From Octopus vulgaris (Eukaryota), in contig OX597816.1 of NCBI GenBank assembly GCA_951406725.2, forward strand, positions 171,492,001-171,556,000: a stretch of DNA of 64,000 bases, read 5' to 3'. Under the pieces are notes generated by a model. The model did not search any database. It worked only from the letters and a program-made list of their open reading frames with translations, and was not told the origin of the DNA. A program made the position numbers and the translations under genes. This document shows positions 25,692 to 38,639 of this stretch, in pieces; position 1 is the stretch's first letter; every line of letters starts with the position of its first letter.

Positions 25692-27147
25692 TTTTAAAAA
25701 TTTTAACAAATCAGTCAGTAATATATTCTCTTTCATTGTTCACCCTCACTCAGCTCAGAATATCTGTGTATCATGATTTCTGGGTTATTTCTCTTCATCA
25801 GCCCAGAAATCGCGATACACAGATATTGTTTTGAGCTGAGTTGGAGTGCTAGATTCCCTTGTTTGAAAATGTAAGGACATAGATCGTGGGTGTTGCCAGC
25901 CTCGTCTGGCACATAAAAAGCACCCACTACACTCACGGAGTGGTTGGCGTTAGGAAGGGCATCCAGCCGTAGAAACATTGAATAAATTTGAATAAATTTT
26001 ACTTCTTTACAGACATATAACAATGGTGTGCCAAGTAGAAAAAAATTGAAGGCTTTCACCACCTACTTCTCTTCACTTTCAATCAAGGTTTTGTGCTGTG
26101 TACAGAGAAGGCGCTATTACTGAAAGAACTGCACAGAAATGGTTTCTATGCTTCTAAGTGGGGAAATTTGACCTTACAGATTTTTTGTGTTTCAGCCAAG
26201 CTGTTCAGTTCAATGAGGGTCATTTGAATGAGGTCATCCATAAGGATTTCCATCAACCCTCAACAAAATTCTTGAAAGTAACTTCACAGTCAATGCAGAG
26301 CTTTTACATACAGCAAATGCACCTGTTCAGTGAGGTAATCCAGCTGAAATAACCCAAATAGTGACATGGCATGTTTTTTCAATACAACAATGCTTGTTAG
26401 AAAATTACTATTTTTATATCTCACAACATGAGATATTCAGCAAGAGTATTTTATAGTAAAGATTGTTTGCCAACATAATATGGCAATCCTGGTTTAGGAC
26501 TAATGTTGCTGTAATTTAGCTCCAGAAGACATCGTCTCCAGCTGGCTATACGACACGATCTATCATCATCATCATTTAGCGTCCGCTTTCCATGCTAGCA
26601 TGGGTTGCATGGTTCAACTGGGGTTTGGGAAACCAGAAGGCTGCACCAGGCCCAGTCTAATCTGACAATGTCTCTACAGCTGGATGCCCTTCCTAACGCC
26701 AACCACTCAGTGAATGTAGTGGGTGCTTTTTATGTGCCACCGGCACATGCCAGACAAGGCTGGCAAACGACCATGATCGGATGTTGCTTTTTACGTGCCA
26801 CCACCACGGAGGCGAGGCGAGGCTGGCAACGGCTACGATCAGATGGTGCTTTTTACGTGCCACCGGCACAGGTGCCAGATGAGGCTGGCAAACGGCCACG
26901 ATTGGATGGTGCTTTTTACATGCCACCGGCACAGAGGCCAGGCGAGGCTGGCAACGGCCACGATCTATGTCCTTACATTTTCAAACAAGGGAATCTAGCA
27001 CCCCAACTCAGCTCAAAACAATATCTGTGTATCGCGATTTCTGGGCTGATGAAGAGAAATAACCCAGAAATCTTGATACACAGATATTTTGAGCTAAGTG
27101 AGGGTGAACAATGAAAGAGAATATATTACTGACTGATTTATTAAAAT
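25692..27147. repeat. Inverted duplication (arms ~25692-25980 and ~26665-27147), each arm holding a ~94-nt hairpin
   Basis: 25708-25890 is the near-exact reverse complement of ~26956-27139. The homology extends into the adjoining RTE 3' UTR piece. Confidence 0.88.
26561..26965 (-). mobile_element. 5'-truncated RTE 3' UTR copy
   Basis: (ATC)n tail at left, about 4 tandem units. Confidence 0.8.
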
Positions 27148-27513
27148 TATTGATGAAAACTAAGGATTAAAATAAATGGGAGAAAATGAATGAATTTCTC
27201 TGAGAACCTAATACATTAAAATAAGGCAAGCTAAGTATACATAGGTGCAGGTGTGGCTGTGTGGTAAGCTTGCTTCCCATCCACATGGTTCTGGGTTCAA
27301 TCCCACTGTGTGGAACCTTGGGCAAGTGTCTTCTACTATCGCCTCAGGCAAAGCAAAGCCCTGTGAGTGGATTTGGTAGACAGAAACTGAAAGAAGCTTG
27401 TTGTATATATATCTATCAATGTGTGTGTCTGTGTTTGTCCCCCACTACTGCTTGACAACTTATGTTGGTGTGTTTATGTCCCCATAATTTTACAAAAAAA
27501 ATAAGTCCTGGAG

Positions 27514-27935
27514 AGATCTTTTCGGTTTGAATGGCAGTTTTTTCTAGCGGTGTCATATGAAATTGTCACCCATAATTATGACCCTAGTATCGATCTATTG
27601 CATTTCAATCTGTTTTAGGGTTAGGGTTAGGGTTAGAGGTGGGGGGAAGTGTATCTTTTTTTCTTCAGAAATGTAAATAAACCCAATCTGTTTCTTAAAC
27701 GAGGGACATATTCATACAGCACAGAATGTTTTTACCTCCATAGACGTCAGTGATTGGTTGAAATTGCAGAAATTGAAGAAAAAAAGCAACAAATATCTTA
27801 GAAACTATAGAATTTTCTCAATAAAGTCAAGAGAAAAAGATGTTTTATAAACACATTCTACCAGTATACGAAGTTTAAAATTTTTTAGTTACCTAGAAAT
27901 TATGTTAAAAACTGCCGTTCAAACCGAAAAGATCC
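27514..27935. mobile_element. Merlin-like MITE inside an OK-like SINE (~27245-28027)
   Basis: Family TIRs. Flanks GTCCTGGAG and GTACTGGAG (9 bp, 1 mismatch). Internal (TTAGGG)3. Confidence 0.85.
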
Positions 27936-28346
27936 GTACTGGAGTCAATTCATTCAACTGAAATTCTTCAAAGCAGCGCTCCAGCATGGCCACAGTCTAA
28001 TGGCTGAAACTATTTAAAGATAAAAGATACTGTTTTGATTTTTATGAATAAAAAATATAAAATGTATTTTTGTTTACTTCCTTTGCACTATTTTTGAAAT
28101 ATTAACATTCTTCTGTTAAGACTGAATATTTTGTTTTTTTAGTCACTAAACTACAACCATGCTGGAGCATAGCTTGGAAAGGTTTAATCAATCAGAACCC
28201 CAGTACTTATTTTAAGTACTGAGTTAGCTTATTCTATCAGTCTCTTTTTCCTAAACCACTAAATGATAGGAAAAAAAACAAAAAAACTATTCATCAAACA
28301 TGCCTACACACATGCATACATACATATATACATACTTAATCATATG

Positions 28347-28945
28347 TTAGTTAGTTAGTTAATTAGTTAGTTAATTTGGCTCAAAAGCAAATAGCAAGGC
28401 CATGTAGGGGTACATGGAGTTAAGTACAGGGTGGTGTTCATGTAAAGAGTTCAGGCCACTTGAGGTCCAGGGAGGCTTTGAACAAAGCGGTCGTCGGCAT
28501 CTTCACCATCTCGTCTGGCAGCTTGTTCCACGGATCCGCAACCCGGACGGAGAAAGCTCCTCTCCTTCGATTGAGATGAAATCGTCGCAGGTAGAGCTTT
28601 TTGGAATGACCCCGCAGCCGACGCTCCGGAGCAGGAGTGAAGAACAGCTCTTTCGAGAGGTTACACTTTCCGCTTATGATGTTGTGGGCGAGAATGAGAT
28701 CACCACAGCGGCAGCGTTTTTCAAGAGAATAAAGGTCGAGCGTCCTCAGCCTTTCTTTGTAGGACAAATTTTTGAGACCATGAACCATGCGGGTAGCCAG
28801 CTTCTGGACTCTTTCGAGATGCTGTATGTCTTTGAGGAGATAAGGAGAAGAGGCTTGAATCCCATACTCCAATATGGGTCTCACCAGCGTGACATAGAGT
28901 GGTAGGAATATGGCTGCTGTGAGCATTCTGAATGACCATCGAATG
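28347..28945 (-). mobile_element. 5'-truncated CR1-group LINE (ORF2 C-terminus plus 3' tail)
   Basis: ORF 28438-28956 contains LYVTLVRPILEYG...LERVQKLATRMV..LSYKERL..LDLYSLEKR..GDLI...RGHSKKL...FSVRV..WNKLP. (TAAC)n tail on the minus strand. Confidence 0.9.
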
Positions 28946-28961
28946 TATATATACATACATA

Positions 28962-29190
28962 GGGTGGCGAGCTGGCATAAACGTTAGCACGCCGGGCGAA
29001 ATGCTTAGCGGTATTTCGTCTGCGTTACGTTGTGAGTTCAAATTCCGCCGAGGTCAACTTTGCCTTTCATCCTCTCGGAGTCGATAAATAAAGTACCAGT
29101 TTCGCACTGGATCGATGTAATCAACTTAATCCCTTTGTCTGTCCTTGTTTGTCCCCTCTATGTTTAGCCCCTTGTGGGTAGTAAAGAAAT
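28962..29190 (+). mobile_element. Meta-like SINE
   Basis: Homologous to 16277-16506. Confidence 0.85.
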
Positions 29191-29649
29191 ACATATATAT
29201 GTGTGTGTTTGTGATGAGCATTACACAGTTTTTGTCTACTAAACTCTAACACATTGGTTAGCCTTATGTTATAGTAGACAATGGTTGCCCAGTGTGCTGA
29301 ACAGAGAGATTGAACCTGAAACCATATAGTTACAAAGTTAACTTCTTAACCACACAGCCACACTTGCTTCTATATAATAATTTTTTTTTTTTTAATGAAC
29401 GTGGCTTTTATTCACTGAAGCCACAGTAAACTGTATGTTAAGACCTTTCCAGTTTGTGGCCATTAGGTAAACATTTAGTTTCTTTATTAACTGATTTTTA
29501 ACCATTTTTTTATGAATTTAAAATGGGGAACAAAGTAGATATTTATCTTGTCATTGTTTATTAGCAACTATAAAGAACTTTCATGTAGGAGAGTGTTTTG
29601 AAACAGAAACAGCTTTATGGAGGAGATTTTTTATTCTCATGACATTTGT

Positions 29650-30440
29650 TATGAAACTTTGTGGGAGAAACTCATTGCAGCATTGAATAGCAGATCATGA
29701 ATGGTCAAATACAAATTTTTCATCAATCGTAGTATCCATGAGAATCAGGTGAGCTTCAGTCATAATAACAAAGATTTTCATGGACATTTTCCTTTGGTTT
29801 GGTTGACTTACAACTTTACGTTTTGATGGGAGATAAGACTTAATTTTGATTTCATTAGCAACCATTTTCACTTCAATTAAAAATCTTCAACCATTTTCCC
29901 CACAGCTCTTCAAGATCATTCAAAAGTACCTCTAGATTCTAGGCCTGCACATCCACTGTAGCATCTCTTGCCTAGATTATTTGATTTCTTCTGCTAATCA
30001 GTACAGCAATCTTCAGCTACATTGAGAACATAAGAATGCAATGAAGAATGATCCTTATTTCATCACACCATTGATTTCATTAATGAATGAGAGAAAGGAT
30101 TTTTTTTAGCAGAAGTTATACTCCAACAGGATGAACTGCAAAAGTCTGTCCATTGAGAACAGGATAAAGTATAAATGGATTCATCCATGTGTTTCTTTAG
30201 AGTACCAGTCTCTGAGGACTGGAAGAAAGCAAATTGTAAACTGTTTTCCCTACTCTAAAAACTGTATGCCTCTCTGCAACATACTGCAAAATCGACACAT
30301 AAGTTTAATGACTGGTAAGTATATAGAGAAAACTAATGCAGTGAACTAATAGCAAGCATGTACTGTTCAGTACCTCTCTACTTGCCATAACAACCTCTAA
30401 AAAGTTTCCTAAAATGTTCAAGTACCTCCATAGTCTGGTT
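29650..30440 (-). mobile_element. Highly degenerate hAT (ZMYM1-like) transposase relic
   Basis: Minus strand around 30200-30330 gives frameshifted (S)LNLCVDFAVCCREA...KTVYNLLSSSPQR, resembling the hAT HSLNL...YNLFSSSPKRW region. Boundaries approximate. Confidence 0.45.
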
Positions 30441-31445
30441 TGCTAATTCAGCCCATTTTCTTAAAGCATTTGACAAAGATTGATGCAGCACGAAGCTTTG
30501 TTAGTGAACAGGTCGTGGTCTCAAAGTGACGAAAATATTTTGACAAATTAAATTTAAATGTTGAAGTGAATCTAACGGTGTTGTGTGTTTCTTAAATGGC
30601 TTACAAACACCTTCCACGCTGCAATTGTTTTCATTCCAGCACACGATCTCAGATCAAGTCACTTGCTATGAAAATCTCTTTTATACTATAAATATCATAA
30701 CACCCTTGGCAAAAAGCAGATGGTAAATGTTGTCTGTCCCACATTGTTTGAATCCTGTGTTATTTCAACGATGATTGGATAACATTTTGCAGCTCTTATT
30801 TCTTCCGAAATATGATTCCAAACAATCTGTGCTGTTACTGATTAATTTGATATTAAGAGATAGTAAGCTTGTTGTCATTCTCCTTTGTTTTTGTAGCAAG
30901 TCAGGAAAGATCTATTTTGTTTTTGTGGCATAGTTGTTGTTGTGGCAGACTCCAGCCAATCAGGGATGGATGTGAGTGAATACAAACAGCAGATCACTGC
31001 CTTAGCAGTGAAGTGGCAGTTTCAAGTCAGTTGGTGAAAAGACAGCCTTGAAGTAGCATCTCTTCCTTTGACATGCCACAATTTTTGTGTTTATCACCAA
31101 CTTTGCACAACTCATTTGAATGATATCAGCTACAACTCTGCCTCAAAATGAATGGTACGTTCTTGTTCCTATTAGCTTACGTCTTCCACATAATTCTTAT
31201 GTGTAAAAAAGTAAGTTATGAGATTTTTCCTGTCTCACATACACATGTAGAATGATTCACAGATGAATCATTGTTACTACTTTCCAGCACTCGTTTTATT
31301 GAAATAAAGTTTGCAATGTTTCATTCTTTATACATGCTTATCAAAAGCACACTGGAATGGACTCTCTCACGAATACTCTTCATACATTAAATCACAGAAC
31401 ACTCACTAAATTAGTGACCACACACACTAAACCTGAACTAGATCA

Positions 31446-31785
31446 TCTCTATATATATAAACGGCAAAATGTCTGTGTGTGTGTCCTTTATACAAATCCA
31501 CAATTTTTCAGTTAGAGGGCTTGCACTTTCTATGGTCATTCAAAACTGTCCAAGGGTGGATGTGCACATCTTTACATTTCCCTAGTCACCCCACAAAGCC
31601 ATTAAAAAAATCAATAGAAGTGACTATTTTGTGAATTTTTTATCCAAAACCCTGAAACTTGATACGCCAATTGAATGCCAGCTAGCTGTATGTGATTGGT
31701 CAGAGATTTGGACAGTACTCACGTATATGTGCGCATGCACGCAGCTGTATATGCATGCACTAGCAATGCCAGGTCATAGTGCTAG
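31446..31785 (+). mobile_element. Non-autonomous Helitron (family H2)
   Basis: A|TCTCTATATATATAAAC...GTGCTAG|T. Homologous to 32291-32655; subterminal hairpin partly deleted. Confidence 0.8.
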
Positions 31786-32290
31786 TAATGGACTAAAAAC
31801 TTAATGATTTTCAAGAAGTTCCCATTTTGAATCTTGCCGATTTACAAAGATAATCCACAAGCAGTAAGTCCTCTTTCCCCACAAAGAATTACAACATCCA
31901 TTATCAGTGTAAGCATACTTTACCATTTCTCAGTTTTGCTTATGATTCCTTTGAGAGACATCACATCAATCCCAGTATCACTTTCTAATCTCCTTTCCAA
32001 CACACACGATGTGAGATACAGGTCTTATGTAAATGTAAACCACTTTCTGCAAACAGAACTGTTTTCTAGGACTGAATGCAAGTAATTTTCTGCTGATTTT
32101 GTTCTGACTTTAAGAACAGCCATTAAAAGTTTTCATCTGGTAAAATACTTACACTTAACACATTGAATATTTAACAACAGAGAAATATGTGAAGCCTGGG
32201 CACTGGAACATGTTGTCCTGGATCAGTTGAATGTTATTATCTTATGGACAGTTGTATTCACACCATTACTGAGTCTCATGAACACACACA

Positions 32291-32655
32291 TCTCTATATA
32301 TATAAACAGCAAAATGTCTGCATGTGTGCTCTTTATACAAATCCACAATTTTTCAGTTAGAGGGCTCGCACTTTCTATGGTCATTCAAAACCATCAAAGG
32401 GTGGTCGTGCACATCTTTGCATTTCCCCAGTCACTCCGCAAAGCCATTAAAAAATCAATAGAAGTGACTTTTTTTGTGAATTTCCTATCCAAAACCCAAT
32501 CAAAATGCCCGAAACTTGATACGTCAATTGAATGCCAGCTAGCTGTATGTGATTGGTCGGAGATTTGGACAGTACTCGCATGTATGTGTGCACGCACACA
32601 GCTGTATATGCATGCACTAGCATTATGACCCGGCAACGCCGGGTCGTAGTGCTAG
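32291..32655 (+). mobile_element. Non-autonomous Helitron (family H2)
   Basis: 5' TC, subterminal hairpin GACCCGGC-AAC-GCCGGGTC (32627-32645), 3' CTAG. Inserted between A and T with no TSD. Confidence 0.88.
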
Positions 32656-34229
32656 TATATACATATATATATTATCATCACTTTTGTTCTAATGTCGACT
32701 TTTCCAAGCTTGCATGGGCCAGATAGAGTTTATTGAGATAGACTTTCTGTGGCTGGTTCCCCATCCTGTCAACAACTTTACCTGTTTCCAAGCCAGATAA
32801 TATTTTCCCTAGGTCAGACATGGCTTTGCAGAATATTGAAAATTAATGACATTCATATATGAGACCCACACAAGAGAAGGAGACACACACACACACACAA
32901 ACGCACTCATATACATCTTTAAAATCCATTCACAAGTCTTTGGTTAACCTGAAACTAAAGCAGAAGACATTTTCCCAAAGTACCATGCAGTGAATCTGAT
33001 TGAAACTGAACCAGAAACCATGTGGTTTGGAAGCTAACTTAAGCACATAGTTGGGCATGGATAGCAGTGTGCTCAAGAAGTTCACAGCACCTTAGGCAAG
33101 TGTCTTTTACTATAGGTCCTGGCTGATCAATGCCTTCTGAGTGAATAATGGTAAACAGGAACTGAAAAAAGCCTCTATATTTGTATGTGTATTCACACAC
33201 TAAGAAAGTCACAAGCTACAAATGATGGCAGTTTCTGCTATCAACAAATCAGCCACTCTGCATCTTTGAGGAGATGTGAAATAAAAGATCCCTTACTTGA
33301 AAAATAGGTTAGGGCAAGCAACCAGAAGGGTACCCAGTTGTAAAACTATACCTAAATTTATCTAACAGAAGAAGAAATGACAACTCCCATATTTGCATGA
33401 ATTTGTGCTCCTCTGAAAATTGCTTTGGTGTAACAGAAATTTTTGAAGAAGTACAAATGTAAAAGAAGTACAAATTAGCTGCCCAGCTATTTATGCAGCT
33501 CCCTAGCAGAGAAAAGGTATCAAAGCTCCTTTAAACTGATAGTAAGAGTTATCTTGAAGCAAAACTAAGGAGAAACAAAAACTGCATTGAAGCTCCAGTA
33601 TGTAGCCCTTGCATTTGAGCAGCCAGATTGGAGCAATCTCGAGTATAACCAGCTGAAATTGCAAAGATAGTCTGGAACTCGACTGAGGATAGAAAACTCT
33701 GAATGATCCGTCCTTGTTTTTCTTGTATCGTCTGTCTGGATATTTTGTTGTCCCTTTTTTGTTTCACCTAACTGTCTGGATGTTTTGGGTTTTTGTCCCA
33801 TTTTTGTATTTTTTTATACATAAAATATAGCAGTGTACATACACTTTGGTCTCTTATATGTAAGTATATATATATATATATATAAAAATTTTGTACAACT
33901 CTATTATTCTTTGTATTCTTTCCTTCTTTCTATCAGCCCTTTCACACTTCATTCATTCCACTCTTCGTTCTTTCGTTCCCCATCTCTCACATTTCCTGGC
34001 CTTCTTTTCATGCTCACTTTCCCTCTTTCACTTCACTGTGTCTCATTTTTCTCTTGCCCCCTCCTTAATTCTTCTATCCCTTTGCCTCTTCCCCTCTCTC
34101 TTCTGTCCCCACGTGACCAGTGTTCGGCCAGGCCTGACTTTTTTTTCTTGGTCCAACTACCATCGGTGCAAAATCTGTATTCCCTCCTGTGCCTATTCGA
34201 GTGTGGCCAATGCCAGTACATGTTGTCAG

Positions 34230-34433
34230 GCTCCCATGCCGGTAGCACGTAAAAAAGCACTCAGTACACTCTCGGAGTGGTTGGCGTTAGACTGGGCAAC
34301 CAGCTGTAGAAACCTTGCCAAATTAGATTGGAGCTTGGTGCAGCCTCCCGGCCTGCCAGTTCTCATTCAAACAGTCTAACCCATGCCAGCATGGAAAGCG
34401 GACGTTAAACGACGATTACAACGATGATGATGA
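34230..34433 (+). mobile_element. 5'-truncated RTE 3' UTR copy
   Basis: One tandem unit, distal part and (GAT)n tail. Confidence 0.75.
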
Positions 34434-34482
34434 TAAAAATACCATCACGTGTGGCACGCGGGTTATCAGCCGTACAGACAAC

Positions 34483-34527
<45 letters not shown>

Positions 34528-34779
34528 CACACACACATAAACATTAAATTGCACGAAATAACTCATTCGAAATAAATTACTATTAAGGTTTTAAAAATAT
34601 TTTTTCTTTTCTTTTCTTTATAATTTCTAATTCCGACTGTCAGATCATAGAAGCTGGGATGGTTTTCGAATAAAAATCTGATATACGTATATAGCGTAAT
34701 GAAATTTTGCCTTCTTTTTTCGGAATGACATAGCCAAGTTTTTTATGCAACTCTCAGGGTTGTTACAAAATTTGAAATC

Positions 34780-35004
34780 TTAGGTTTGGCCCGGAAGTGG
34801 TTCGTAATTTTTTGTTTCTATAACAACAACCTTCTTCTCATCAGACGATATTTTTTATTTATATTACATTAAAATGATTTAACAATTAACCAAAATCCCT
34901 TGCAATCAGTCTTCTGACTTTTATTCTGCGTTATCAAGACTGTACGTTGTTTGTCTCACAGGTAACCGGCCACGTCTCAAGTCGATAAAAAGTGAATTAT
35001 TAAG
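34780..35004 (+). promoter_or_regulatory. Candidate promoter and non-coding first exon of GPAA1
   Basis: Unique sequence retaining CpGs, ETS motif CCGGAAGTG at 34791-34799, donor-like sites CAG|GTAACC (34961) and AAG|GTAAGA (35004). The GPAA1 ATG exon begins with an acceptor, so an upstream exon must exist. The link to this site is inferred. Confidence 0.4.
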
Positions 35005-35064
35005 GTAAGAATATTGTATGTTGCAAAACATCTTGTTAATTTCACGTATATGTATACATTTTAT

Positions 35065-35118
35065 TGTACATCTATCTATCTATCTATCTCAAATATATAT
35101 ATATATACATCTATCTAT

Positions 35119-35160
<42 letters not shown>

Positions 35161-35193
35161 ATATATATATGTGTGTATATATATATATATGTG

Positions 35194-35273
<80 letters not shown>

Positions 35274-35288
35274 CACCTATCTATCTAT

Positions 35289-35337
<49 letters not shown>

Positions 35338-35360
35338 GTACATCTATCTATCTATCTACT
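35065..35360. repeat. (TA)n/(TATC)n microsatellite
   Basis: Seen directly. Confidence 0.95.
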
Positions 35361-35652
35361 GAAGGCTTATTTTCATAAATATTTTGATTTTGTTCTACTG
35401 TAATGTTTATCACAATTTCTGATAAAATACGAATTTTACCCTAGCAAAAGCTTATAAGTGAATATTTTCTTTTGCGTTGATGTGAGAACACTCCGAACTT
35501 TCCACGAATCCGAAATAGTTTATTTAATGTTATCCGCTGCCTCATGTTACCATTCCTTATCGAGTTCAAATATGCAAACATATTCTTTGCTTCCTGTGAA
35601 ATCACCAAAAAAAACAAAAATAAAGAAAGGTAACGCTTTGGATTATTAATAA

Positions 35653-36026
35653 CTAGCAGTATCGCCCGGTGTTGCTCGGGTTTGTAAGGGAAATAACTAT
35701 ACAGCATTTTTAGAGAGTTATAGCCAAAAAATAGCAAAAAATGCATTAAAAATGGGAAAAAAATGATGGTAATTTTTTTTTAAATCGTTGACTCATCGTA
35801 GACATTTTTAGAGAGTTACTTCCCTTTAAAAAATGCATTAAAATGGAAAAAAATGATGGTAAATTATTTTTAAAATCGTAGATTCATCGTAGACGTGCGC
35901 TAATACCCAGAAGGGCTCGATATGAATCACGACTATAAGATACCCGGTTTTGGTTAAACTGCACCGCAAAATGTGGGAGTAGTTAGGAATCTAAATCGAA
36001 GGGGACAGACACTCACACAACTAAGA
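35653..36026 (-). mobile_element. Non-autonomous Helitron (family H1)
   Basis: Minus-strand 3' end CCCGAGCAACACCGGGCGATACTGCTAG|T. Two internal ~100-bp repeats. Confidence 0.82.
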
Positions 36027-36281
36027 TATTAATAATAGTTATGTGTATTTATGAACCCAAGCATACAAGATGATTATGGTAGCTTATATCATTGCCAGCC
36101 CTTGATCCCGTCTTACTCGGGCTCTGTATAGTTTTGTAAATAAGAATTGTAAAAATAAAATTCCGTTTTAAAAAAAAACAACAACTTCATAGTGTTTTAT
36201 TATCTAAAATGTGTTTAATTTTGGGGTTAGGGCCTCACAAAAGCGAGAGTGAACATATTACACTGAAGTTTTAAGTTCAAT

Positions 36282-36685
36282 TACTCTTTACTCTTTTACT
36301 TGTTTCAGTCATTTGACTGCGGCCATGCTGGAGCACCGCCTTTAGTCGAGCAAATCGACCCCAGGACTTATTCTTTGTAAGCCCAGTACTTATTCTATCG
36401 GTCTCTTTTGCCGAACCGCTAAGTGACGGGGACGTAAACACACCAGCATCGGTTGTCAAGCAATACTAGGGGAACAAACACAGACACACAAACATATACA
36501 CACACGCATATATATATATATACATATATACGACAGGCTTCTTTCAGTTTCCATCTACCAAATCCACTCACAAGGCATTGGTCGGCCCGGGGCTATAGCA
36601 GAAGACACTTGCCCAAGATGCCACGCAGTGGGACTGAACCCGGAACTATGTGGTTGGTTAGCAAGCTACTTACCACACAGCCACT
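36282..36685 (-). mobile_element. OK-like SINE
   Basis: Reverse homologue of 8295-8700. Confidence 0.85.
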
Positions 36686-36888
36686 ATCGAATTAAAAAAA
36701 AAAAAGCGCATCTATAATTGGATTCGTAAATCGATGGATAAAAGTGTTTTGTGATAGTTATGTCGCTTTATGGTCCGAGTTCAAATCCGGCGGGCGTCCA
36801 CTTGGCAAGAAGTTGTGAACAATAAAGAAGAATATGTTATGGACTAAGCTGTTGGAGAATTTTATAAACTTTCGAGAGAACACTGGGG

Positions 36889-37159
36889 CGATCTTACGGT
36901 ATATGTACCGCTGTACTTCCGGAAGTACCAGATACATTTCAAAAAAGTGTTTTTTTATATATATGGGGGGGGTGGTTAGGGTTAGGGGTGGAAGAAAAGG
37001 GTTTCTGTTATCTTCAGAAATGTAAACAAAGTCACGTGTGTACATATACCGAAGCATCGCCACGTACCCTAACCCTAACACTAACCCCCCCATATATAAA
37101 AAAAAAACACTTTTTTGAAATGTATCCGACACTTCCGGAAGTATACCGGTACATATACC
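36889..37159. mobile_element. Foldback MITE with ~90-bp TIRs containing TTAGGG repeats
   Basis: GGTATATGTACCG..ACTTCCGGAAGT..GATACATTTCAAAAAAGTGTTTTTTTATATA..GGGGG..TTAGGGTTAGGG from 36898, mirrored at ~37066-37159. A Meta-like SINE (37160-37377, minus) abuts the right end. Confidence 0.8.
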
Positions 37160-38639
37160 TATTTCTTTATTACCCACAAAGGGCTAAACATAGAGGGGAC
37201 AAACAAGGACAGACATAGGTATTAAGGGTACTAGTATCGGTATTAAGTCGATTATATCGACCCCAGTGCGTAACTGGTACTTAATTTATCGACCCCCGAA
37301 AGGATGAAAGGCAAAGTCGACCTCGGCGGAATTTGAACTCACAACGTAACGGCAGACGAAATACCGCTAAGCATTTCAACACTGACTCTCGAAGTACATC
37401 ACATAAAGCTAAAAATAATAGAATGTAAGTATTTGGTTGAAAATCCCTTTTGGATAGACAAGTTCGAAGGCTGTTGTCTCTACAGATTTGAGTTTGTGTT
37501 CCACTGGCAGCCTTCGTACATTTTCTATACAAAAGGGCCTGTGAACCCAAGTTTCACATGCTATTATTTATAGCTTTATGAGAGCTGTCTCGAGAGCCAA
37601 TGTACCAAGAAAGAATATCTATCTGTGTGTGTGTGTGTGTTTGAGATCATCATCAGCATCATTTACATGTCAGCTTTTTCATACTTGCATATGGGCCTGT
37701 CAGAATTTGTTGAGGCTGATTTATCTATGGCTGGATGCCCTTCCTGTTGCCAACCCTCACTTGCTTCAAAGCTAGGTAATATTTTCCCCTGGCCAGACAT
37801 GTTTTCACAGAAAACTGGAAATGAACAGCATTGCTTGTATGATGGTTATGATGCTACAACTTGTTTACAACTGTTGAGATAAAGGAACACACACACACAC
37901 ACACACACGCAGAACCACATGTATACACATATACAGATATATACATTTACAAGAGCCTAGACAACCTGTCTGTGGTGTCCAGCTATAACCTATATTCATA
38001 TTTTGCTCTTCTTGCCATTTACCTCACCTCAATATCAGTAACAAGGATTTGATGGGAATTCAAAAGCTCTCTTTCCTAGATCCTCTAAATGCATCCTTTT
38101 CCTCTACTGATCTCTGAATTCCTTGAAACACCACCTACTCCTTCTGCATCAAAAGCATATATCTCTCATTCCCCTCTTTAACAGCATCAGCCTCAATGAT
38201 TTTGCAACATTTTTGGGCTCTTGTACTCTTGTACTGCAAGATGCTGCTGATGCAGAAAAATATCTTTTATAAGCCTAAAGTCATTACAGCAATTACTTTT
38301 AGCTCTTAATTGTAGCCTTGACAAACATCCACATCCTGAATCTAGCCTCTAACAAGTGACCACAACCTCTGCACTTATTGTTGGGTTGTCTGACCGGAGT
38401 CTTGCCACAACTATTTTCACATACCAATATATTATGTAATGCATCCCACTACTTCCTTGACACTATGGCACTTCATGTCAGCTGATTGGTCAGAGCTTGT
38501 CAGTTTAACACTAAATCTTCATGTAGCACATATGCTTCATCCTTGACCCATCAGATTATAGTTACAGGTATGAGGGTATGGGTAGACTGACCTATCCTCT
38601 CAGAAATCTCCCATACATAGCACACACTTCAAATTCTAC

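Noticed and set aside
27614-27640. Interstitial telomere or chromosome-fusion relic
   Set aside because: Only 2-3 TTAGGG units, always at the same position inside a MITE.
28414-28905. 163-aa plus-strand ORF
   Set aside because: Antisense shadow of the CR1 ORF2 fragment.
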